From the NCBI RefSeq assembly GCF_000189295.2, contig NC_016803.1, positions 2,370,001 through 2,402,000 on the forward strand: a DNA stretch of 32,000 nt. The letters run 5' to 3'. The notes under the pieces were generated by a model. It had not been told where the DNA came from, searched no databases, and saw nothing but the letters and a program-made list of their open reading frames with translations. The stretch's first letter is position 1. Each line of letters starts with the position of its first letter. This document shows positions 6,896-14,095 of the stretch, one piece after another. Source of the DNA: Pseudodesulfovibrio mercurii. Its GTDB lineage: Bacteria > Desulfobacterota > Desulfovibrionia > Desulfovibrionales > Desulfovibrionaceae. The translations under genes were made by a program, and so were the position numbers.

Positions 6896-7954
6896 ATGCT
6901 CCTGGACGTCCCCTTTCTGCCCCATGACGACTATGTCACCTTCCTGCGCGAGCGGTCCGACCGGCTCGCCTCGGTCCATTTCTCGCTGGGCGACCCGCGC
7001 GTGTCCGACGCCCGCCAGCGGCTCGGGACGGAGCACGTCGAGGCGGTCGTCCGGGGATTGAACCGGCTGCCGGGCGTGGACCGGTTCCTGCTCATGAACG
7101 GGCGGGTGCACCGGCCGGAGCGCTATTTCGACCGGGCGGATCTGGACCGGGCCGCGGACCTCATGGAGCGGCTCGCGGACGAGGCCGGGCTGACCGGGGT
7201 GATCTTTGCGGACCCGTATTATCTTCAGGCGTTGTCCGACGCCCGGCCCGGGGTGTGCGAGCGGCTGGAGGCGGTGCCGAGCGTCAACGCCGTGCCGGAC
7301 ACGCCCGCCAAGGTCTTCGCCCAGCTGGACATGATCGCCGGGACCGCGTTCCGGCAGCCGTCCAGGCTGGTGGCGGACCGGGCGCTGAACCGCGACCTGG
7401 ACGGACTGAGCGCGTTGGCCCACGGGCTGCGCGCCCGGCATGTGGACGTCCGCCTGTTCCTGCTGGCCAACGAGGGATGCCTGTACCAGTGCCCGTACAA
7501 ACCGGCCCATGACGCGCACCTGGCCCTGGTGGTGGAGGGGCTGTGCGGGGACCGGACCTTTGCCCTGAACCGCGAGCTGGGCTGCGTGCGGCGCATGCTC
7601 GAGGAGCCGGGGCTGATGCTGGCCTCGCCGTTCATCCGGCCCGAGGACGCGGGCCGCTACGAGGGGTTGGTCCACGGGCTCAAGATCTGCGGCCGCAACC
7701 GGGGCGCGGACTTCCTGCTGCGCGCGGTGGCCGCCTATGTGGAAGAGCGGTACGTGGGCAACCTGCTGGACCTGATGGACGCCATGGGCGACCTGGCCGA
7801 CCGGGTGCACATCCCCAACCACGGCCTTCCCGCCGACTTTTTCGAGCAGGTCACGGCCTGCGACAAGGCGTGCCGGGCCTGCGGCCTGTGCGCGGCCCTG
7901 GCCGGGCGCATCGCCGAGCGAACGGACCCCGGCCTGCCCGATTTTACGCGCTGA
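6896..7954 (+). CDS. conserved hypothetical Cys-rich protein (possible Fe-S protein; tentative distant resemblance to U32 collagenase-like family)
   Basis: 352 aa with normal codon bias. Ten Cys, including 'EGCLYQCPYKP' and a C-terminal CX3CX2CX2C cluster (CDKACRACGLC). The family name is a recollection-based guess, not a search result. Confidence 0.7.
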   Translation: MLLDVPFLPHDDYVTFLRERSDRLASVHFSLGDPRVSDARQRLGTEHVEAVVRGLNRLPGVDRFLLMNGRVHRPERYFDRADLDRAADLMERLADEAGLTGVIFADPYYLQALSDARPGVCERLEAVPSVNAVPDTPAKVFAQLDMIAGTAFRQPSRLVADRALNRDLDGLSALAHGLRARHVDVRLFLLANEGCLYQCPYKPAHDAHLALVVEGLCGDRTFALNRELGCVRRMLEEPGLMLASPFIRPEDAGRYEGLVHGLKICGRNRGADFLLRAVAAYVEERYVGNLLDLMDAMGDLADRVHIPNHGLPADFFEQVTACDKACRACGLCAALAGRIAERTDPGLPDFTR

Positions 7955-8014
7955 GCGCGCCATTCCCCGGTCCGCCGCAAGCGGCGGCCATAATTCCATA
8001 CAAGGAGCATACCC

Positions 8015-8593
8015 ATGAAAAAATCCCTTGGTCCCAATACCCTGGCGCAGCCCACCCCCGTCTGGGCGGTGGGTTCCTACGACGAGGACGGCAAGCCCGA
8101 CGCCATGATCGCGGCCTGGGGCGGCATCTGCGGCTCGGACCCGGCCTGCCTGACCGTGTCCGTGCGCCCGACGCGCCACACCTATGCGGGCATCCTGAAG
8201 CACAAGGCGTTCACCGTGTCCGTGAGCTCGGTGGCGGTGGCGGCCGAGGCGGACTACCTGGGCATGGTCTCGGGCGACAAAGTGGACAAGTTCGCGGTCA
8301 CGGGCCTGACCCCGGTCAAAGGGGAGTTCGTGGACGCCCCGTACATCGAGGAGTTCCCGCTGGTCATCGAGTGCGAGCTGCGGGAGACCGTGGACCTGAA
8401 CGCGCACGTCATGTTCGTGGGCGAGATCCGGGACGTGAAGTGCGACGAGGACAAGCTGGCCGACGGCAAGTACCCGGACCCGGAAAAGGTCCTGCCGCTG
8501 ATCTTCTCCCCCGGCACCCGCGTCTACCACACCGTGGGCCAAAAGGTCGGCAAGGGGTTCGACATGGGCAGAAAGTACATCAAGAAGGACTAG
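8015..8593 (+). CDS. flavin reductase-like FMN-binding split-barrel protein (flavoredoxin type)
   Basis: 192 aa. 'P.P...VGSYDEDGKPD.M..AWGG' and 'F.V.V' blocks are typical of flavoredoxin/flavin reductase domain proteins. AAGGAG lies before ATG 8015. Confidence 0.8.
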   Translation: MKKSLGPNTLAQPTPVWAVGSYDEDGKPDAMIAAWGGICGSDPACLTVSVRPTRHTYAGILKHKAFTVSVSSVAVAAEADYLGMVSGDKVDKFAVTGLTPVKGEFVDAPYIEEFPLVIECELRETVDLNAHVMFVGEIRDVKCDEDKLADGKYPDPEKVLPLIFSPGTRVYHTVGQKVGKGFDMGRKYIKKD

Positions 8594-8596
8594 GCC

Positions 8597-9952
8597 ATGC
8601 GCCGCCCCGGCCTCACCGCGCCTCGCGCCGTTCTGCTTGCGGCCCTGCTCCTGATCGGGGCGGGGTGCGCGGTACGGCCCGTGCAGCCCGTGGCCCTGCC
8701 CCTGGCCCAGGACGCCGGTGCGTACCACGGGCTGCCGGGGGACGCCCTGCTCATGAGCCCGGAGGTCCAGGCTACGGCCTGGTCGGACCTGCTCATGCGC
8801 CACTTCGACCCCTGGGAGCGGACCCGGCCCGAGTATCCGGCGGAAAAGGTCTTCTGGGGGCTGACCGCCTTCGCGGACCGGCCGCTCTACGGGGAGAACA
8901 CGCTTCAGCGCGACCCGGCCTGGCTCGGGGAGATGGCCGAGGCCTCGCGGGTGGGCGACTACCCGAGCCTGAACCGCCGGGCCATCGCCGTGACCGACAC
9001 CGCCATGCGCGTGCTGCCCACGGACAGGCCCGTGTTTTACGACCCCCGGCAGGCGGGCGAGGGGTTCCCCTTCGACTACGCGCAGAACTCCCTGGTCCTG
9101 GCCGGGACCCCGCTGCTGGCCACCCACGAGAGCGCGGACCGCGCCTGGGTGCTGGTGGAGTCGCGCTTCGCCTACGGCTGGGTGCGGGTCCGGGACGTCG
9201 CCTGGGTGAACGGCGACTTCGCCGACCGGTTCCGGACCGGGACCTACGCCGCCGTGGTCCGGGACGGGGTCCCCCTGGTGGACGAGGACGGCGTGTTCCG
9301 CTGCATGGGGTCCATCGGCTCCCTGCTGCCCGTGGCCAAAACGCCCCAGGGGGGCGCGGAGGGCGGAACGGAAAACGGCGGGCTCACGGTCCTGGTCCCG
9401 GCCAGGGACGAACAGGGGCGGGCGGTCATCCGGCACGCCCGGCTCCAGGCCGGGGACGCCGAGCCCGCGCCGCTCGCGCCCACGCCGGACAACTTCGCCC
9501 GGCTGGCCAACCGCATGCTCGGCCAGCCCTACGGCTGGGGCGGGCTGTACGGGGACCGCGACTGTTCGGCCACGACCATGGACCTGATGGCCGCCTTCGG
9601 CATCTTCCTGCCGCGCAATTCGAGCCAGCAGGCCAGACTCGGCTGGGTGGAGCCCCTGGACGGAGGGGACGACGCGGCCAAGAAGGCGCGCATCCTGGAG
9701 GAGAGCGTGCCCTTCCTGACCCTGGTGCGCAAGCCGGGGCACATCATGCTCTACATCGGCTCATGGCGCGGCGAGCCCGTGGTCCTGCACACGGCCTGGG
9801 GGCTCAAGACCCGGCGGGGCGGGACCGAGGGGCGGGCCATCATCGGCCGGACCGTCATCACCACCCTGGAACCGGGGCTGAATCTCCGCGACCTGGCCCG
9901 GCCCGACGGCGTGCTCCTGCACGCGGTCCGCTCCCTGAACACCCTGCCCTGA
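8597..9952 (+). CDS. NlpC/P60 (C40) cell-wall endopeptidase lipoprotein with N-terminal helper and SH3-like domains
   Basis: Lipobox 'LLLIGAGC'. Catalytic Cys block 'GQPYGWGGLYGDRDCSATTMDL' and His block 'GHIMLYIG'. Architecture resembles the gamma-D-glutamyl-L-diamino acid endopeptidase type described for Desulfovibrio vulgaris DVU_0896. Confidence 0.85.
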   Translation: MRRPGLTAPRAVLLAALLLIGAGCAVRPVQPVALPLAQDAGAYHGLPGDALLMSPEVQATAWSDLLMRHFDPWERTRPEYPAEKVFWGLTAFADRPLYGENTLQRDPAWLGEMAEASRVGDYPSLNRRAIAVTDTAMRVLPTDRPVFYDPRQAGEGFPFDYAQNSLVLAGTPLLATHESADRAWVLVESRFAYGWVRVRDVAWVNGDFADRFRTGTYAAVVRDGVPLVDEDGVFRCMGSIGSLLPVAKTPQGGAEGGTENGGLTVLVPARDEQGRAVIRHARLQAGDAEPAPLAPTPDNFARLANRMLGQPYGWGGLYGDRDCSATTMDLMAAFGIFLPRNSSQQARLGWVEPLDGGDDAAKKARILEESVPFLTLVRKPGHIMLYIGSWRGEPVVLHTAWGLKTRRGGTEGRAIIGRTVITTLEPGLNLRDLARPDGVLLHAVRSLNTLP

Positions 9953-10065
9953 CCGGCGCGACCGGTTTTTGACGCGGCCCGGAGCGCGGCCGGAACCGGG
10001 CCGTGCAACGGCCTGATTTCCCATGCCTTGGGTCCGGCGGGAACGGGCCATGCATCGGCACGGCC

Positions 10066-10884
10066 ATGAACCACGCCAGTTACCGCCGCCTCCTGCTCCT
10101 GGGAGCCCTGACCCTGCTGCCAGGCTGCCTGGCCGCCAACGCGGCCCTGGGCGTGTTCGGGCTCATGGGCCCGCCCGTGGCCCAGCTGGCCGGGGCGGCC
10201 TACACCGTGGCCGAGTGCTCCTACGAGTACGGGGTCAACGACCGCACCCCGGACCAGGTCTTCCTGGCCAAGTTCGACTGGCTGCTGGAGGACGGAGAGG
10301 GGAACGAGCCCGCCCCGGCGGCCTTTGCCGGGGCCCTGCGCCGCACCGTGGACGGCCCGACCCAGGCCGACGCGCCGCAGGCAGTGGCAGTGGCCAAGGC
10401 GGCCCCCAAGACAGGAAACAGGACCGGTCCGGTCGCTGAACCGGTCGCCGAACCGGTCGCCGTGGCCGCCACAATACCCGTGAAAAATCATACCGTTGCG
10501 CCGAAGCGCGCGGTCGCCGCCGTGGCCCCGGCCCGGCCCGTCCCGAACCGGATCGCGCCCGTGCCGCGCCGGACGGTCCCGGCCCACACCTACGTCGTCC
10601 ATGAGCCGGACCCGCTGCTGGCCAGACTGGACCGGCTGGAAAGCGGGCTGGCCCAGGCAGAGCGGCTCTACCTGTCGCGGAGCGAGGTCGGGCTGCGCCT
10701 GTCCGTGCCGCCGTGCGACGGCGACCCGTGCGCCCAGGGCGTGAACGGCGGCAGCTCCCTGCGCTTGCCGGTCACGTACACCGCGCCCGCCATGGACTCG
10801 TTCTCGACGACTTCCTCGCTCCCCCCGGTCGGGGACCGGGCCGGTCAGCCCAGGCCCCCGTCGGGCCGCTCCCTGAACACGTAG
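10066..10884 (+). CDS. putative lipoprotein, Ala/Pro-rich, function unknown
   Basis: Start MNHASYRRLLLLGALTLLPGC has a signal peptide plus lipobox. ORF-track 10003 trimmed. The last ~13 codons overlap the convergent gene 10845-11075. Confidence 0.6.
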   Translation: MNHASYRRLLLLGALTLLPGCLAANAALGVFGLMGPPVAQLAGAAYTVAECSYEYGVNDRTPDQVFLAKFDWLLEDGEGNEPAPAAFAGALRRTVDGPTQADAPQAVAVAKAAPKTGNRTGPVAEPVAEPVAVAATIPVKNHTVAPKRAVAAVAPARPVPNRIAPVPRRTVPAHTYVVHEPDPLLARLDRLESGLAQAERLYLSRSEVGLRLSVPPCDGDPCAQGVNGGSSLRLPVTYTAPAMDSFSTTSSLPPVGDRAGQPRPPSGRSLNT

Positions 10885-11075
10885 TTGCTGATGTGCCGGT
10901 CGCGCTGCTCGCGGATCCACCGTTGCAGATCCTCGGGCAGGGCGCGCCACGACCCCTTGTCGTCCCGCTTCCAGGCGGGCAGCCCCTTGTCCCGGACCAG
11001 CTCCGTGATGTTGCGCGGGTTCTCGCCCACGGCCTCGCAGATGTCCTTCGCCCCTTTCAGACAGATTTCCGACAT
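10845..11075 (-). CDS. excisionase-family / MerR-like helix-turn-helix DNA-binding protein, 76 aa
   Basis: MSEICLKGAKDICEAVGENPRNITELVRDKGLPAWKRDDKGSWRALPEDLQRWI matches the short Xis/AlpA-type HTH pattern (HTH, then 'LP..K.....W....DL..W'). ATG at 11075 lies inside the larger ORF-track entry 10845..11405, 14 nt downstream of the DUF5675 stop. Confidence 0.65.
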   Translation of the reverse strand: MSEICLKGAKDICEAVGENPRNITELVRDKGLPAWKRDDKGSWRALPEDLQRWIREQRDRHISNYVFRERPDGGLG

Positions 11076-11089
11076 GCGCGCCCCCGCCC

Positions 11090-11485
11090 CTATTCCGCGA
11101 TCTCGAAACAAAAGGCCTGCTCGTCGCCGCAGTCGGCCAGGAACTCCCGGAAGGCCGCGCGCGAGTCGAGCACCCCGCGCTCCGGCCCCAGGCGGCCGAA
11201 CCGGCTGCCGAGCAGGATGCAGCCGTGGGTGTCCCGGACCACGTTGCCCTGGTGAAAGAGGATGGCCGTGCGCCCCGGCACGTCGGCCACCTCGAAGGTC
11301 GGTCCGAAGGTCGGCGAGTCCACGCGGCGGCAGGTGTAGGTCCCGGCCGGGATGCAGGATGCGCCCACCCGGTTGCCGCGCTCGGGCGGCTCCAGGGTGA
11401 CGCACTGCACCCGACCGTCCAGACGGAGCACGCCGAAGGTCCCCGCATCGCTTTTCTCCAACCGAATAATGTCCACTTTTTTCAT
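11090..11485 (-). CDS. DUF5675-like protein (phage-associated family), 131 aa
   Basis: 'IPAGTYTCRRVDSPTFGPTFEVADVPGRTAILFHQGNVVRDTHGCILLG' fits the DUF5675 pattern as I remember it (GTY...SP.F....V..VPGR..IL.H.GN....GCI..G). GAGGAG lies before ATG 11485. Confidence 0.7.
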   Translation of the reverse strand: MKKVDIIRLEKSDAGTFGVLRLDGRVQCVTLEPPERGNRVGASCIPAGTYTCRRVDSPTFGPTFEVADVPGRTAILFHQGNVVRDTHGCILLGSRFGRLGPERGVLDSRAAFREFLADCGDEQAFCFEIAE

Positions 11486-11525
11486 TGGTTACTCCTCAAA
11501 TATTGCATTCTGACCAAGTCGTTCC

Positions 11526-11539
11526 GACTATGTATAGTC
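11526..11539. promoter_or_regulatory. palindromic operator candidate GACTAT-GT-ATAGTC
   Basis: Perfect 6+6 inverted repeat in the 156-nt AT-rich divergent intergenic region. It overlaps the putative -10 of the leftward promoter. An extra TAGTC half-site lies at 11554-11558. Confidence 0.45.
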
Positions 11540-11560
11540 ATTTGTCTATTTGCTAGTCAA
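11531..11560 (-). promoter_or_regulatory. sigma70-like promoter candidate for the DUF5675/HTH unit
   Basis: On the minus strand: TTGACT (11560-11555), 18-nt spacer, TATACA (11536-11531), about 45 nt upstream of ATG 11485. Confidence 0.35.
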
Positions 11561-11580
11561 CCATTTTCCGCATTTCTGTT

Positions 11581-11608
11581 TAGACATTTGCCAATTTTCA
11601 TGTATAAG
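11581..11608 (+). promoter_or_regulatory. sigma70-like promoter candidate for the HTH-S24 operon
   Basis: TAGACA (11581-11586), 16-nt spacer, TATAAG (11603-11608), 33 nt upstream of ATG 11642. It lies back-to-back with the leftward promoter. Confidence 0.35.
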
Positions 11609-11641
11609 GGTGCACAACCATTACACGGAAAAGGGGTTGAT

Positions 11642-12388
11642 ATGGGATTCACCGACAATGTGCGCCAGGCGCTCCTCGACAGGATCGGGCCGGGCAAGCG
11701 ATACTCCAACAACAAACGGATGGCGGACGAACTCGGGGTCGACCCGTCGCAGCTGAACCGGTTCCTCAAGCGGGAGCGCGGCCTGAACAGCGACTCCCTG
11801 GGCCACATCCTGGACCGCGTGGGCGTGACCCTGGCCTTTTGCGACGAACCGGCGGACGCGGCCCGCGAGGTCTGCTTCCGGCCGCCCGACAAGGGGAGGG
11901 CCGGGCCGGGCGCGCCCGAGCCGCGCGCCGACGACTACCTGGCCGTGCCACTGGCCGCCCCGGCCGTGGCCGCCTCGGCCGCCCTCGTGCCCGAGGAAAG
12001 CGTGGAGGGCTGGGTCCTGGTCTGGCGGCACCAGGAGTCCATCCGCTTCCGCTCCAACCTGGTGGCCGTGGAGGTCCGGCCCGGCGAACAGTCCATGACC
12101 CCGACCCTGCACCCCGGCGACATCGTCCTGGTGGACCGCGACGACCGGGACCCCTGCCCGGCGGGCAGGATCATGCTCGTCCGGGAGCCGGGCGAGAACG
12201 GGCCGGTGCGCATCCGGCGGGTCAGCACCCGGCGGCTGGACGACGATGTGGAGCTGATCTACTACTCGGACAACAGCCGCGAATATCCGCCCGCCACCTT
12301 CCGGCTCGGCCGGGACTTCGGCGGGGACATCCGTGCCGCCATCGGCGGCAACGTGGTCTGGGCCTGGAGCGACATGACCCGGAAATAG
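11642..12388 (+). CDS. phage CI/LexA-like repressor: N-terminal HTH plus C-terminal S24 peptidase-like domain
   Basis: 248 aa. HTH 'NKRMADELGVDPSQLNRFLKRERG'. S24 block 'VRPGEQSMTPTLHPGDIVLVD' contains the Ser-Met-x-Pro motif. AGGGG lies before ATG 11642. ORF-track 11225 trimmed. Confidence 0.8.
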   Translation: MGFTDNVRQALLDRIGPGKRYSNNKRMADELGVDPSQLNRFLKRERGLNSDSLGHILDRVGVTLAFCDEPADAAREVCFRPPDKGRAGPGAPEPRADDYLAVPLAAPAVAASAALVPEESVEGWVLVWRHQESIRFRSNLVAVEVRPGEQSMTPTLHPGDIVLVDRDDRDPCPAGRIMLVREPGENGPVRIRRVSTRRLDDDVELIYYSDNSREYPPATFRLGRDFGGDIRAAIGGNVVWAWSDMTRK

Positions 12389-12413
12389 CCATTTTTCGAG
12401 ACAAGGAGAGACG

Positions 12414-13394
12414 ATGTTGGACGTTCGACACATTGTTGCGTACAATCGGTGCCTGCCGGTCCTGCTGCTCGTCCTGGCCGCGGCCCTGCTTCCGGCCACG
12501 GCCAGGGGAGCGGGGCAGGACGCCCGGTCCCTGGCGGCCATGCTCGGCAGCCCGGACGCGGCCGTCCGGGCCACGGGCGTGTCCGCCCTGCACGGCTGCG
12601 GCCAGACGGTCCTGCCCGGCCTGCTCGCGGCCCTGGACGACAGTTCCGCCGAGGTCCGGCGCGGGGCGGTCATCGGCCTGGCCCTGCAACCCGCCCCCGG
12701 CCTGGCCCTGGACGGCCTGCTCCGGGCCCTGGGCGACCCGGACCCCACGGTGCGCTCCCTGGCCGCCCACACCCTGGCCCGCCTGGACGGGCTGGCCGCG
12801 CCCGACGTGGCCCGGCGGCTGGCCGACCCGAGCAACGACGTCCGCGTGGCCGCGGCCCTGTGCCTGAGCCGCATGGGTCCGGACGCGGTCCCGGCCCTGG
12901 CCCGGCTGCTGGGCCGCGACGACCCGCCGGTCCAGGCCAAGGCTGCCTGGTTGCTCGGGACCATGGGACCCGAGGCCCTGCCCGCGGCCCCGGCCCTGAT
13001 CCGGGCCCTACGAACCGACGACATGCGCCTGGTCCACGTCCTGGCCGAGACCCTGGACCTCATCGGCCCGGACCCGGCCCTGGTATTTCGACAAATGACC
13101 CTGCTCGGCAGCGAGGGACGCAACCTGCCGTTCTCGCGCCTGGGCGCGGCCGCCGCGCCCGCCCTGGTCCGGCTGCTGGCCCGGCCCGGCACGCCCATGG
13201 GCCAGATGGCCCTGTACACCCTGGCCCGCATGGGCGACCAGGCCGAACCCGCCCTGCGCGCCGCGCTGGCCACCGGCACCGAGGGCCAGCGCGCGGCTGC
13301 GGCCCTGCTCCTGACCGGCATCGACCCCGACCTGGCGCACACCCTGCCCGAGGACCTGCGCCGGTCCCTGGGCGGCGCCATTCACCTGAACTGA
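12414..13394 (+). CDS. secreted HEAT/PBS-lyase-type repeat protein, 326 aa
   Basis: Sec-type signal peptide (CLPVLLLVLAAALLPATARG). At least seven repeats of the pattern 'D.d..VR..AA..L..mGp.A.PaL..aL'. AAGGAGAG lies before ATG 12414, 25 nt after the upstream stop. Confidence 0.8.
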   Translation: MLDVRHIVAYNRCLPVLLLVLAAALLPATARGAGQDARSLAAMLGSPDAAVRATGVSALHGCGQTVLPGLLAALDDSSAEVRRGAVIGLALQPAPGLALDGLLRALGDPDPTVRSLAAHTLARLDGLAAPDVARRLADPSNDVRVAAALCLSRMGPDAVPALARLLGRDDPPVQAKAAWLLGTMGPEALPAAPALIRALRTDDMRLVHVLAETLDLIGPDPALVFRQMTLLGSEGRNLPFSRLGAAAAPALVRLLARPGTPMGQMALYTLARMGDQAEPALRAALATGTEGQRAAAALLLTGIDPDLAHTLPEDLRRSLGGAIHLN

Positions 13395-13406
13395 CACGGA
13401 GGCACC

Positions 13407-13808
13407 ATGCCCGAACTGATCTACGCACTTATCTGCTCGGACCTGATCATCGACAAGGATTCGAGCTCGACCTCGTTCATCCGGACCATCGAACACGCGG
13501 TGGTCCCGGAGTTTCCGGCCACCCTGCCGTCCATCTTCTTCGCCAGCATGTGGGACCTGGAAGGGGCGGGGGACGAGCCGTTCACCATCTCCCTGCGCCT
13601 GGTCCCGCCCCAGGGCGAACCCGTCACCCTGGGCGTGCAGGAGATCGCCCCCACCGGGACCATGCTGCACAAGATGAACTTCCAGCTGCCCGGCCTCCGG
13701 GTCGAGGGCGAGGGACGGCACACCCTGGAGGTGGCCGTGCGGACCGACGGCGACTGGGATGTCCAGGCACGGCTCCCGCTCTACGTGTTCAAGACCCCGG
13801 ACCAATAG
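13407..13808 (+). CDS. hypothetical protein, 133 aa, cytoplasmic, beta-rich; family uncertain
   Basis: GGAGG lies before ATG 13407, 12 nt after the HEAT gene stop. Normal codon bias, no signal peptide and no motif I can name with confidence. Confidence 0.7.
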   Translation: MPELIYALICSDLIIDKDSSSTSFIRTIEHAVVPEFPATLPSIFFASMWDLEGAGDEPFTISLRLVPPQGEPVTLGVQEIAPTGTMLHKMNFQLPGLRVEGEGRHTLEVAVRTDGDWDVQARLPLYVFKTPDQ

Positions 13809-13834
13809 ACGACCCAGACAGCGCTCTGCAACAG

Positions 13835-13876
13835 GCCGCGTCATGCATAGTCTCACTCTGCATGACGCGGCTTTTT
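13835..13876 (+). terminator. rho-independent terminator of the three-gene operon
   Basis: 13-bp perfect stem GCCGCGTCATGCA / TGCATGACGCGGC with an 11-nt loop, followed by TTTTT. Confidence 0.85.
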
Positions 13877-14095
13877 ACGTATTGTTATACTACAATTGCA
13901 TTATGTTTGACGGCAGTATGAATGCAACACCATTGCGAATCGCCTATAAAACATTTTTTATAGTAAAACTTTAAATTATATTTAACTAATTTTTCAAAGT
14001 AAAATAGGACATTACATGCTAAATTTGTGAGTTTTTACTGGACATTTTGCCCACTCATTCCTATTCTCGCATCGTTCCATCTATAATTATCGAAC
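13877..14095. other. AT-rich non-coding tract (~220 bp) in an otherwise GC-rich window
   Basis: Composition visibly inverts, with runs such as taaaactttaaattatatttaactaatttttcaaagtaaaatagg. No ORF. Contains palindrome CTATAAAA-CATT-TTTTATAG (13944-13963) and a TATAAT hexamer at 14082-14087. Confidence 0.8.

Noticed and set aside
6503-9742. 1079-aa ORF on the minus strand spanning four plus-strand genes
   Set aside because: The translation is Arg/Gly/Pro/Ala/His-rich low complexity with no domain motifs. It lies antisense to genes with clear family signatures (PLP enzyme, flavin reductase, NlpC/P60). This is a typical stop-poor shadow frame in high-GC DNA.
403-13921. Other long alternative-frame or antisense ORFs: 403-1653(-), 3117-4472(+), 3145-4593(-), 5101-6927(+), 7543-9972(+), 9751-11448(-), 11621-13381(-), 12449-13921(+)
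   Set aside because: Each overlaps a better-supported gene in another frame or on the other strand, has no SD-linked start, and translates to Arg/Pro/Gly-rich sequence. Several run straight through intergenic repeats.
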